DNA of 64,000 bases from an uncultured Clostridia bacterium (GTDB lineage Bacteria > Bacillota > Clostridia > Christensenellales > UBA1242). The stretch is from positions 17,144 through 81,143 of the forward strand of contig CALWPB010000002.1 in NCBI GenBank assembly GCA_944383315.1, given 5' to 3'. How positions within the stretch are numbered: the first letter of the stretch is position 1; the number at the start of each line of letters is the position of its first letter. This document shows positions 28,608 through 38,195 of this stretch, one piece after another. Made by a program: the position numbers and the translations under genes. The notes under the pieces were generated by a model. It was given only the letters and a program-made list of their open reading frames with translations, made no database searches and was not told the origin of the DNA.

Positions 28608-28709
28608 TTATTTTATAAAATTGCTTTATGTCCTATATATTATTTTAATAAAATAAAAAAAGAACTCTATCTATTTGATAAAGTCTTTCTTAGATAAATT
28701 ATATTTAAA

Positions 28710-29450
28710 TTATATATCTCCAAAGCCTACAAGTTCGACATCGTCAAAATAGCCTTGTTTTTTCGCTTCGCGCAATACGTTTATTTCATCTTCGCGTACT
28801 AAATAATTTGTTTGACTGCGTGTGTAGTCGTCAATGTAACCAACGTGGGTGAGTACTTCAAGACTAATGTCGCGCTTCCAAAACAAACTTTTTAATACTC
28901 CAAAAGTACTAATATCTACGCCGTTTCCGTGGAATGCAAAACTAAATTCGTCAGTAGTCTTGACACCCATTTCACGCGCACGATTTCGAGCATTTTCGTC
29001 CATACTACGTACGGGGAGTTTGTATTCTTCTGCAAGTTCGAGATATGCTTTTAAAATGTTTGGTATTTCATTAAAGTAGTGATGGTGGTCAAGGTGGTCA
29101 GGTGTAAGCCCACTGTCAAGGAATTTTTCAATTTGTGCGCGCAATTCTTTCTTTGCATCAAGATATTGAGTATAATAGCCTAACATACATACATAGTGAA
29201 AAACGCCATTTTCGTCTACAAGACTTGGCACTTCGCTTGCAGGTAATACTGATTTACCATAAGTTAAATTTAGATGGATACCTATATTTTTAATGTTATG
29301 CTCTTTTGCTAGTTTAATGGCTTCGTCAGTGTAGGGGGTGTTCATCATCATTGTTGTACTACTGATTAGCCCTTCATTAAAACAATCAATTATACCTTTA
29401 TTTACACTAGCACTTAGACCAAAATCATCTGCATTGAGTATTAATTTCAT
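28710..29450 (-). CDS. ChbG/YdjC-family carbohydrate deacetylase
   Basis: MKLILNADDFGLS..SSTTMMMN..HLNLT..HHHY is the YdjC signature. Confidence 0.85.
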   Translation of the reverse strand: MKLILNADDFGLSASVNKGIIDCFNEGLISSTTMMMNTPYTDEAIKLAKEHNIKNIGIHLNLTYGKSVLPASEVPSLVDENGVFHYVCMLGYYTQYLDAKKELRAQIEKFLDSGLTPDHLDHHHYFNEIPNILKAYLELAEEYKLPVRSMDENARNRAREMGVKTTDEFSFAFHGNGVDISTFGVLKSLFWKRDISLEVLTHVGYIDDYTRSQTNYLVREDEINVLREAKKQGYFDDVELVGFGDI

Positions 29451-29475
29451 ATTTGTTTCTCCTGTTTTTATAATT

Positions 29476-29495
29476 AAAAAACTCCCTTGCGGGAG
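29476..29495 (-). terminator. rpsT terminator
   Basis: ctccc-ttgc-gggag hairpin with T6 on the minus strand. Confidence 0.85.
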
Positions 29496-29513
29496 AATGT
29501 AACTTGCAAAAAA

Positions 29514-29786
29514 TTATTGAGCATTTTTTGCATTGTAAAGTTCTTTTGCAAGGCTTGCTTTCTTACGTGAAGCAGTGTTTGCTTGGTAAACGTTGTCCAG
29601 TCTTGCACGGTCAATCAAACTAACTGCGCTTTTAAGAGTTGCTTCTGCAGCAGCAAAGTCCTTAGCCGCAATCTGTTCACGGAACTTGCGAATCTCTGTA
29701 GCAATGCGAGATTTCTTTGACTTGTTAGCAATTCTTGCTTGTTCGTTAGTGATTATTCTCTTTTTCTGTGATTTAATGTTTGCCAC
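29514..29786 (-). CDS. rpsT: 30S ribosomal protein S20
   Basis: ANIKSQKKRI..N...KS is the typical S20 pattern. GTG start with RBS aggag. Confidence 0.95.
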   Translation of the reverse strand: MANIKSQKKRIITNEQARIANKSKKSRIATEIRKFREQIAAKDFAAAEATLKSAVSLIDRARLDNVYQANTASRKKASLAKELYNAKNAQ

Positions 29787-29918
29787 TTTGTTTTCTCCTA
29801 TATAAAAATTTGATACTCATCTATAATAGCATAAAATTTAGTTTTTTGCAAGGGTTATAAATCAATTTTTTGTAAATAATCAAAAAAGCATATTTGAGTT
29901 TTAGAAAAGGGGATAAAA

Positions 29919-30692
29919 TTGTCAAAGCAAGATAAGAATTTAGGCATAATGGGAGAACTCATATTCTCAGGAAAATACGGAGTAAAAAAATATTTTATTG
30001 ATATAAATAGTGATACATTATCAAAGCAATTATCAAAGCGCAAAGGCAAATACTATACTTTAAATTGTTCGCGTTTGTTTTGTACTTCGGAACCTGCCCG
30101 AAAATATATCACAAAACAAGTTGTTGAAATTTTTAGCGATTTTTTACAAGATATAAGCGGTACTGTGATGGTTGTTGGACTAGGCAATGCCTTTTTAGTG
30201 GCAGATAGTTTAGGGGCTGCTGTTGTAAAAAATATACTAACGACCCACAATATCCCTGCAGAAATTAGACAAGACTTAGGCGATGTCTGTGCTTTAATTC
30301 CGGGGGTAAGCGGAATAAATGGCTTTGCAACGGCTGATATAGTGCAAGGCGCGGTTAATACTGTTCACCCAAAATGTGTAATAGTTATTGATGCGCTTAC
30401 AGCAAAAGACGCAAGTAGATTGGGGTGCAGTTTCCAATTTAGCAATACAGGGGTATCACCGGGGGCTGGTATAGGGAACTTCAATAAAGACATATCCAGA
30501 GAAACATTAGGTGTGCCTGTTGTTGCTGTTGGTGTGCCTATGATGATTGAGGCTAGTTCTTTTGGTTATGAGCAAGAATACTTTGTTGTTACACCCAAAG
30601 AAATTGATATCTATACCCAAAATTGCGCAAAAATTTTATCACTCGCTATAAACGAAGTATTGCACGGCAAAAAATATAAAAATTATATGTAA
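29919..30692 (+). CDS. gpr: GPR endopeptidase (spore germination protease), compact form
   Basis: VVGLGNAFLVADSLG and VIVIDALTA carry the two catalytic Asp contexts of Gpr. ISNTGVSPGAGIGN and LGVPVVAVGVPMMI are colinear with Bacillus Gpr. The gene is divergent from rpsT, as in B. subtilis. TTG start with RBS aagggg. Confidence 0.8.
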   Translation: MSKQDKNLGIMGELIFSGKYGVKKYFIDINSDTLSKQLSKRKGKYYTLNCSRLFCTSEPARKYITKQVVEIFSDFLQDISGTVMVVGLGNAFLVADSLGAAVVKNILTTHNIPAEIRQDLGDVCALIPGVSGINGFATADIVQGAVNTVHPKCVIVIDALTAKDASRLGCSFQFSNTGVSPGAGIGNFNKDISRETLGVPVVAVGVPMMIEASSFGYEQEYFVVTPKEIDIYTQNCAKILSLAINEVLHGKKYKNYM

Positions 30693-30730
30693 ATTCACTT
30701 TTTATTACAAGCAAATGAACATAAAAAGGG

Positions 30731-30775
30731 GGCAAGTTTTAGTTGTTTTTACTACAAAATTTGCCTTGTTTTCTT
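30731..30775 (+). terminator. probable gpr terminator
   Basis: ggcaagtttt (30731-30740) pairs with aaaatttgcc (30756-30765) with one G-U pair, followed by ttgttttctt. Confidence 0.5.
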
Positions 30776-30923
30776 AATTTTAGTGCAAATTCAGGGGGCA
30801 AATAAATAAATTATATTGAGTATGTAATATTAGTCAAGTCAATAGTATAATAATTACGAAGCCAAGATAATATCTATTTGATATAATTATCTACTTTAAT
30901 ATATCAAACTCAAAGGAGAAATT

Positions 30924-31685
30924 ATGTATTTAGTTATAAGAAAGAATGCCAAAGATTTTTATTACAGCGAATGTTTCGGTATTTTAAAACAAAATATAAA
31001 AGATAAGTTTGTAAAAGAGAAATTTATAGTTTTTAATAGCGATCATACAAATTTAATACTTACAGAAAAGTATTTTTACTATCGTGATTCTCAAGAAGAT
31101 AAAAAAGATTATCCACCCTATGCTGCTAAAAAATGTATTTTAATTGATACTAATAGAAGTAATTGGGTAGAAGCAAATGATAATTTGCAGGGTTATGATT
31201 TTATAGTAAATAATGACACGATTATGAAAAAATTGCTTAATAATGAGCAACTTGACAATAACATAATAACACAAGCAAAAGAAATTAATGAAAAATACGT
31301 GTTAAGTGAATGGCACAACCTTCAAACTGAATATGATATAAATAACATTAACCAATTAACATTTCATTTTCACGATGCTGAGTTAAAGAAGATAATAAAA
31401 GATGAAAATTCTACTACATTCATTTTTGATAATTGGGGTTTCCTTGTGTACTTAAAATGCGACAAAGAGAGTTGTAGATATAATTTAAAAGTTGAAGACA
31501 TATGCTCTAGTGGCGAGATTATTAAGACGGAGAAAGGATTTAAATTTACAGCTTTTGAAGAATTTTATGGCGAAGTAATAAGTTATTACTTTATTGAATC
31601 AAACAGTATGCAGTGGAAAATTGAGTTGTTACCATTGCCAAACAAAACTTGGTCATATATAGAAAACTCAAAAGATTTAAACTAA
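30924..31685 (+). CDS. hypothetical protein, tandem paralogue A (253 aa)
   Basis: RBS aaaggag. The ORF is intact in very AT-rich DNA, and its paralogue is downstream. No motif recognised, and no TM segment or signal peptide. Confidence 0.7.
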   Translation: MYLVIRKNAKDFYYSECFGILKQNIKDKFVKEKFIVFNSDHTNLILTEKYFYYRDSQEDKKDYPPYAAKKCILIDTNRSNWVEANDNLQGYDFIVNNDTIMKKLLNNEQLDNNIITQAKEINEKYVLSEWHNLQTEYDINNINQLTFHFHDAELKKIIKDENSTTFIFDNWGFLVYLKCDKESCRYNLKVEDICSSGEIIKTEKGFKFTAFEEFYGEVISYYFIESNSMQWKIELLPLPNKTWSYIENSKDLN

Positions 31686-31858
31686 CTAAAATTTTATATA
31701 TTTACTAGGATTATCATAACAGAAATTTAGAATAGACATACATTACAAGCTTAATTATTCATTTTAAATAGTGTCTTTAATATTTTTAAAATTCAAAAAT
31801 TTACTTGATTTACATTAAAAAGAGTTCAGTTAATATTAAATTAATAAAGGAGAAAATT

Positions 31859-32617
31859 ATGTATTTAGTTATAAGAAAGAATGCCAAAGATTTTTATTAT
31901 AGCGAATGTTTCGGTATTTTAAAACAAGATATAAAAGATAAGTTTGTAAAAGAGAAATTTATAGTTTTTAATAGCGATCATACAAATTTAATACTTACAG
32001 AAAGAGATTTTTATTTTCGCGTTTCCAAAGAAAGCAAAAGCACTTTCGCTACTAGAAAATGTTTCCTTTTAGACAACGATAAGAGTAAATGGGTAGAAGC
32101 AAATGATAATTTACAGGGCTATGATTTTATAGTAAATAATAATGCAGTAATGAAGAAATTATTAGATAATGAGCAACTTGATAATAGTATAATAGCACAA
32201 GCTAAAAATATTAATGAAAAATTTGTGCTTAGCGAGTGGCACAATGTTGTTACTGATTATGATATTAGGAATTTTGAGCAAGTCGCAAGTAATTTTGATG
32301 ATGCTTATGTTGAGAAAATCATTGATGATAATGAATCAATCGTTTTTGTATTTGATACAACGTGGGATTATCTTGTATATTTAAAATGTGATAAAAGCAG
32401 TTTACAACATAATATTAAAGTTGAAGAAAAAATAATGTGGTTTTGGGGTGAGGTTGATAAAACAGATAAGGGATTTAAATTCACATCCTTTGAAGAATCT
32501 AGAGACGGAAAACATTATGGTTTTATTGAATCAAACAGTATGCAGTGGAAAATTGATTTGTTACCGTTGCCAAACAAAACTTGGTCATATATAGAAAACT
32601 CAAAAGATTTAAACTAA
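31859..32617 (+). CDS. hypothetical protein, tandem paralogue B (252 aa)
   Basis: The ATG at 31859 (MYLVIRKNAKDFYY, identical to copy A) follows RBS aaaggag. The track ORF from TTG 31805 is an upstream extension. Confidence 0.7.
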   Translation: MYLVIRKNAKDFYYSECFGILKQDIKDKFVKEKFIVFNSDHTNLILTERDFYFRVSKESKSTFATRKCFLLDNDKSKWVEANDNLQGYDFIVNNNAVMKKLLDNEQLDNSIIAQAKNINEKFVLSEWHNVVTDYDIRNFEQVASNFDDAYVEKIIDDNESIVFVFDTTWDYLVYLKCDKSSLQHNIKVEEKIMWFWGEVDKTDKGFKFTSFEESRDGKHYGFIESNSMQWKIDLLPLPNKTWSYIENSKDLN

Positions 32618-32836
32618 CTAAATTTATATAAGTTTGCCTCAGGTTTTTCCAATTACTTTGAATAAATAAACATTATAAGTATAATTATTCATTTCTATGC
32701 GATGGCATTAAAAATTAAAAAATTTTTTAATTTAATAGATTTACATCAAAAAGAGTTCAGTTAATATTAATTAATATTGGCCACTCTTTTTATTTTTACT
32801 ATGTCAAAATAGAAAACATATTCATACATTACTACT

Positions 32837-33610
32837 ATGAAAAAAACAAGACAACCCATTTTAGTAATTGATAGCGGAATAGGTGGGCTTACAGTACTCT
32901 ATAATTTAGTACTGCAAAATCCAAATTGTGATTATATCTATTTTGCTGATTACGTAAATTCACCTTATGGTGATAAAAGCGCAACTTTTTTGCGTAAAAA
33001 ACTCATTGAAAATATAAAAACACTAAATAAGAAATACTCTCCACAAGGAGTAGTGCTTGCTTGTAATACCGCAACAGCAGTTGCTGTGGGTGTGCTTAGG
33101 CGAGTTTTCCCGTATGATTTTATAATAGGAACAGAGCCTGCGGTAATGAGTGCAGTGAACGATAACAAGAAAAATATTCTCGTTTTGGCTACTCCTAATA
33201 CTCTTAAATATAACAAATTAATTGCGGAGCAGTGCCATAATGATAATATAAATCTTGAAGTTTTAGCATTGCCAAATCTTGCTACATATATAGAGGACAA
33301 TATAGATAATTTAAAATTACTTAAACCTATTGTGCAAAGTTATTTATCGCCATTTTTGCCACACATTGATTCGATTGTGCTTGGTTGCACGCATTACATT
33401 TATTTAAAGCCTATGCTGCGTGAAATATTAAGTACTGACATAAAAGTTTATGACGGTAATGTAGGAGTTGCTAAACAAACTCATCGTAAAACCAAATCAT
33501 ACAAAAACGGAAGAATTTACGTAATCACGAATGATGCAAGGAAAGGGGCAAATTTAATTTCTGCTTGGAATTTGTTGGCTAAGGAGGGGAGCATAATATG
33601 TGCGGAATAG
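32837..33610 (+). CDS. murI: glutamate racemase
   Basis: VIDSGIGGLTV, ACNTAT and GCTHY catalytic Cys contexts. Confidence 0.93.
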   Translation: MKKTRQPILVIDSGIGGLTVLYNLVLQNPNCDYIYFADYVNSPYGDKSATFLRKKLIENIKTLNKKYSPQGVVLACNTATAVAVGVLRRVFPYDFIIGTEPAVMSAVNDNKKNILVLATPNTLKYNKLIAEQCHNDNINLEVLALPNLATYIEDNIDNLKLLKPIVQSYLSPFLPHIDSIVLGCTHYIYLKPMLREILSTDIKVYDGNVGVAKQTHRKTKSYKNGRIYVITNDARKGANLISAWNLLAKEGSIICAE

Positions 33611-35460
33611 TTGGTTATATTGGTAATCATTTGGCTATACCTATAACTCTAAAATGTCTTGCTGCTCTTGAATATAGAGGGTATGATTCGGCGGGGCTGG
33701 CTTATCTTGACAGTGGCAATATGGGGGTAGTCAAACGTGTTGGTAAATTAGAAAATCTTAATAATTTTTTAAAAAATAAAATTATTCCAGCATCTTGTGC
33801 AATAGGTCATACAAGATGGGCAACACACGGTAAAGCCACAGTCGAAAATGCTCATCCACATACTGATGCCAATAGTGTTTTGTCTGTCGTGCATAATGGC
33901 ATCATAGAGAATTATGATAGTATAAAAAAAGAGTTGAAAGATAAGGGTATTAAGTTTTATTCGGAGACTGATACCGAAGTATTTGCGAAACTGTTGGGCT
34001 ATAATTTATTTAGCCAAAATCCTGATTTTGATAAGTACTATGCAATGCATAATAGTTTGCATAGTACCTATAAAATAAGTAAAAAACATATACTAAAAGC
34101 GCTTAATACTACAATTTCACAGTGTAATGGTACTTATGCGGTTGCAGTTCTGGTTAAGGGGTATGACGACACTATTTTCTTTGCAAAGTACAAAAGTCCA
34201 TTAATTTTAGGAAAAGGGCAAGACGAAAATTTTCTTGCTAGTGATACCCCCGCATTGCTAGGAGTAGTATCAAAATTTTACTCATTAAAAGACGGTGAAT
34301 GTGGTTACATAGAGAAAGGAAAGATTGTTGTATGTGATGAAAATTTAAAACAAACAAAACCGATATTTAAAAAAATTTCAGTAAAGCCAGAGCAGGTGAT
34401 GTTAGGCAGTTTTAAACACTTTATGCAGAAAGAAATAGAACAGGGTGCAGAGAGTGTTATAAATACTATTGATAGGATAAAAAAACTTGGAATATTAGAG
34501 AGAATACCAGCGCAGATATTTGAGAAAAATTTTAACTTGCATATAACGGCTTGTGGTACGGCACTTCACGCAGGAATGGTTGCCAAGTATATAATTGAAA
34601 ATCAATTGCGCATCCCAGTTTTTCTTGATTATGCAAGCGAATTTCGGTATAAAGAACCATTAATTAATGCGGAGAGTATTTGCTTGTTTATAAGTCAAAG
34701 TGGGGAAACTGCGGATACGCTTTCTTGTGTCGAACTTGCAAAGCAAAAGGGTGCTACAACAATCGCGTTTACTAATGTGCCGGCAAGTCGAATGGAAAGT
34801 ATGGTCGATTATGTAATACCTACAAGTGCAGGGCCAGAAATTGCTGTAGCCAGCACAAAAGCATATCTTGCACAACTGGGTGCATTGTATAGTCTTGTAG
34901 ACTATATAGCAAAAATTCGACATATAACGGTTAATTTTAATATAGATAATGTAAGATTGGCTGCATTAAGTAATGCTAAATTTAATTATGATGAAACTTT
35001 AAATGAAATAGTTGAACTAATAAAAAATGAAGAAAGTATTTACTTTGTAGGACGTGGACTTGACTATATTCTTGCTATGGAAGCGGCATTAAAACTTAAA
35101 GAGGTAAGTTACATTCATTGTGAGGCTTTGCCTGCTGGTGAACTAAAACATGGCAGCCTTGCGCTTATAAAACGTGATTGTGTTGTTATAGCGATACTGA
35201 CACAAGATGATTTGGTTGAAAAAATGCTCAACAATATTCACGAAATAAACAGCCGTGGGGCAAAGGTTATACTGTTTAGTCCTTATGCTGATTTGGAAAA
35301 ATTTGTATCTGCTCACGTTCTCACTCCACAAGTTGATAATATGCTAGAACCTTTTGCTGTAATGAAACCTTTACAAATATTGGCTTATAAGACGGCGCTT
35401 GCTCGCAATCTTGACCCCGACAAACCGCGAAATCTCGCAAAATCTGTAACCGTTGAATAA
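33598..35460 (+). CDS. glmS: glutamine--fructose-6-phosphate aminotransferase
   Basis: MCGIVGYIG N-terminal nucleophile, two SIS domains and a C-terminal ..KPRNLAKSVTVE. Overlaps murI by 13 nt. Confidence 0.97.
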   Translation: MCGIVGYIGNHLAIPITLKCLAALEYRGYDSAGLAYLDSGNMGVVKRVGKLENLNNFLKNKIIPASCAIGHTRWATHGKATVENAHPHTDANSVLSVVHNGIIENYDSIKKELKDKGIKFYSETDTEVFAKLLGYNLFSQNPDFDKYYAMHNSLHSTYKISKKHILKALNTTISQCNGTYAVAVLVKGYDDTIFFAKYKSPLILGKGQDENFLASDTPALLGVVSKFYSLKDGECGYIEKGKIVVCDENLKQTKPIFKKISVKPEQVMLGSFKHFMQKEIEQGAESVINTIDRIKKLGILERIPAQIFEKNFNLHITACGTALHAGMVAKYIIENQLRIPVFLDYASEFRYKEPLINAESICLFISQSGETADTLSCVELAKQKGATTIAFTNVPASRMESMVDYVIPTSAGPEIAVASTKAYLAQLGALYSLVDYIAKIRHITVNFNIDNVRLAALSNAKFNYDETLNEIVELIKNEESIYFVGRGLDYILAMEAALKLKEVSYIHCEALPAGELKHGSLALIKRDCVVIAILTQDDLVEKMLNNIHEINSRGAKVILFSPYADLEKFVSAHVLTPQVDNMLEPFAVMKPLQILAYKTALARNLDPDKPRNLAKSVTVE

Positions 35461-35783
35461 AATAGAAAAATTTTCTACTTTTTGTATAATTATGCAATTT
35501 AATATTTTATAATTTACGAAAATAATTAATGTAATTATTTTAAATTTTAATGCACGTATTTGCTGTAAATTTGTAAAACAAAAATTGATGACTAAATACA
35601 AAAATGTATCAACATAAAAATTAAAATTTTCAAAATCAAAAACTGCGTAACCGCAAAAATTTTAATGCACAAAATACAATATTATATATGTTTAAGAGAA
35701 AAGTAACAAATATGTTGCTTTTTTTGTTTAATTAGGTTATAATTAATTACTAAATTGACTTTTTAAATTCAGGAGAACAGATA

Positions 35784-38195
35784 ATGCAAGATACCGAACA
35801 AAAAAACATTAATACAGCAGAAAATTTAGGTTTAATTGAAAAAATGAAAGGCAGAAAATTTAATGCTCTATATCTGTCAAATATAGTGGCAGTACCGGGT
35901 GTAAATCTTACTTGCGATGTAAACAATGAATTAGATGCAAGTAGTATTCGCGATGCCTTTGATAAAAATGAGCAAATTGTAGTAGTTGCTAGCAAAAATA
36001 TGAGCGAGAACCCAAGCACTAAAGATTTTCTTGAAGTTGGTTGTTTGAGTACAATCAAGCGTATTATTCCGCAAGGTAGTAGTATGCGTGTTATGCTTTC
36101 GGGTGATGCTAGAGTAATGATTCATCGCTTTGATTTGCAAGATAGGTTCACTGTAAATGCTGAAATTGTTACAGATAAAAACACTGATACACCGATGGCA
36201 TTACAACTTATGGACGATATTAGGGACAAAATGCGTGAGTTGACCGCCGACCGAGTGCTTCCAGGGCCTTTACAGGCTGCAATTATTGATGACGAAATGG
36301 ATACATCAACGTTTTCTGATATGTTGGTACACTTTTTGGCAAAAGACAATATGGAAAAGCAGCGCGAGTTGCTTACTCAACTTGATGTTGAACAACGTTT
36401 AAAGACATTAAACGAACTTATGACAATTATGCTTACCAATTATCGTACTCGTAAGGAAATTGAAGAAAAAGTAAACGACAACATTGCGAAAACGCAAAAA
36501 GAGATTTATTTGCGCGAGCAATTACACGTAATAAACGAAGAATTAAATGGCGAAGTTGACGAAGTCGAAGATTTGACTAATAAGGTAAAAGCACTAGGTA
36601 TGCCAAAAGATTCTGAAGAAAAAGTAATAAAAGAAATCAATCGTCTTGGCAAACTTCCTTTTGGTTCTCCCGAACTTGGCTATATTCGTAACTTTATTGA
36701 TACCGTACTTGAATTGCCTTGGACTAAGAAAACCGAAGACAACCTCGACATTAAAAAGGCTAAAAAAGTCCTAAATGATGAGCATTATGCGCTAGACGAT
36801 GTGAAGCAAAGAATTTTGGAAACTTTGGCGGTTGTCAAACTTACTGGCAAGGTAAATGCGCAAATTATTTGTCTTGTAGGCCCTCCGGGTGTTGGTAAGA
36901 CTTCGATTGCAAAATCAATCGCAAAAGCAATGGGACGTGAGTTTGTGCAAGTTAGTCTTGGTGGTGTGAGTGATGAAAGTGTCATTCGTGGACACCGTAG
37001 AACGTATGTAGGTGCTATGTGCGGACGAATTTTAGCGGGTATGAAACAGGCGGGCACTATAAATCCCGTGTTCTTGCTTGATGAAATTGACAAACTTACA
37101 CGTGATGCACACGGCGACCCGTCAAGCGCATTGCTTGAAGTGTTGGACCCAGCGCAAAATGACCATTTCAAAGATAATTTCCTCGAACTCCCTTATGATT
37201 TAAGTCAAGTAATGTTTATACTTACAGCAAATGATATGCGTGGTATCCCTATGCCATTGCGCGACCGTATGGAAATTATCCAATTACGCAGTTATACCGA
37301 AATTGAGAAGATTCATATTGCAAAAAGTTATCTTATTCCAAAGCAAGAAAAAGCAGCAGGTATTCCTGAAGGCACTGTAAAATTAGATGACGATTTGTTG
37401 AAGTTAATAATTAATCAATATACATTTGAAGGTGGTGTGCGTTCATTAGAGCGTAAAATTGCTGAAATTTGTCGTAAATATGCCACATTTATAGTTACTG
37501 GTCAAAAATTTAAAGATATTTGTGCTGAAAATATTGAGGACTATCTTGGACATAATCGCATAAAAGAATTAGACGTTTACAAAGGTGGCAAGGTTGGTGA
37601 AGTTGTGGGGCTTTCTGTAGTTGGTGATATTACGGGCGGGCTGTTGTTGATTGAGGCCATTTTGAGCGAAGGTAAAGGCGAACTGCAACTAACAGGGCAA
37701 CCAGGTAAAATGATGCAAGAGTCGTCAAAAATTGCTTTCTCGCTTATTAAGAGCCGTGCAAAATCTTGGGGTATCCCTATGGATAAAATCAACAAAAACA
37801 ATATTCATTTATCCATTCCTAACAAAAACGGTGTTGAAGGTCCAAGTGCAGGTATTGCTATGACTACCGCAATGGTTTCGGTGTTTACAGGCATACCAGT
37901 AAAGGAAAAATTAGCGATGACAGGTGAAATCAGTTTGAGCGGTAGAGTGTTCCCAATCGGTGGTGTACGCGACAAACTCATTGCGGCTGCGCGCGGCGGT
38001 ATTAAAGAATGTATTATCCCCAAAGATAACGAAGATGATTTGTGGGAATTGCCAAAAGAAATCAAGAGTGTGCTTAAAATTCATAAAGTCAGCAGCATTG
38101 ACGAAGTATTAGCCCTTGCTTTGAAGAAACCGCTAAAACCCTTGACTGATGAAAAGAGTGGCGAGCAAAAGTCTGCCAAAAAAGGTAAAAAATAA
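35784..38195 (+). CDS. lon: ATP-dependent Lon protease
   Basis: Walker A GPPGVGKTS, DEIDK and the catalytic PSAGIAMTTAMVS serine motif. RBS aggag. Confidence 0.97.
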   Translation: MQDTEQKNINTAENLGLIEKMKGRKFNALYLSNIVAVPGVNLTCDVNNELDASSIRDAFDKNEQIVVVASKNMSENPSTKDFLEVGCLSTIKRIIPQGSSMRVMLSGDARVMIHRFDLQDRFTVNAEIVTDKNTDTPMALQLMDDIRDKMRELTADRVLPGPLQAAIIDDEMDTSTFSDMLVHFLAKDNMEKQRELLTQLDVEQRLKTLNELMTIMLTNYRTRKEIEEKVNDNIAKTQKEIYLREQLHVINEELNGEVDEVEDLTNKVKALGMPKDSEEKVIKEINRLGKLPFGSPELGYIRNFIDTVLELPWTKKTEDNLDIKKAKKVLNDEHYALDDVKQRILETLAVVKLTGKVNAQIICLVGPPGVGKTSIAKSIAKAMGREFVQVSLGGVSDESVIRGHRRTYVGAMCGRILAGMKQAGTINPVFLLDEIDKLTRDAHGDPSSALLEVLDPAQNDHFKDNFLELPYDLSQVMFILTANDMRGIPMPLRDRMEIIQLRSYTEIEKIHIAKSYLIPKQEKAAGIPEGTVKLDDDLLKLIINQYTFEGGVRSLERKIAEICRKYATFIVTGQKFKDICAENIEDYLGHNRIKELDVYKGGKVGEVVGLSVVGDITGGLLLIEAILSEGKGELQLTGQPGKMMQESSKIAFSLIKSRAKSWGIPMDKINKNNIHLSIPNKNGVEGPSAGIAMTTAMVSVFTGIPVKEKLAMTGEISLSGRVFPIGGVRDKLIAAARGGIKECIIPKDNEDDLWELPKEIKSVLKIHKVSSIDEVLALALKKPLKPLTDEKSGEQKSAKKGKK

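Larger units (their letters stand above)
30910..32770 (+). repeat. about 935-bp head-to-tail duplication (two gene copies plus a truncated third leader)
   Basis: The two gene starts are 935 bp apart. A 33-nt leader at 31807-31839 recurs at 32738-32770 with 1 mismatch. The gene ends are near-identical and the cores diverged. Confidence 0.85.

Noticed and set aside
31805-31858. The upstream TTG-initiated extension of paralogue B (MIYIKKSSVNIKLIKEKI...) given in the ORF track. Similar N-terminal extensions occur for the ORFs at 8198, 10651, 10749, 55513 and 61286.
   Set aside because: In each case an internal ATG or TTG has a proper GGAG-type RBS at 5-9 nt. It also restores the conserved family N-terminus, or for paralogue B, identity with paralogue A. 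The extension would run through promoter or RBS sequence.
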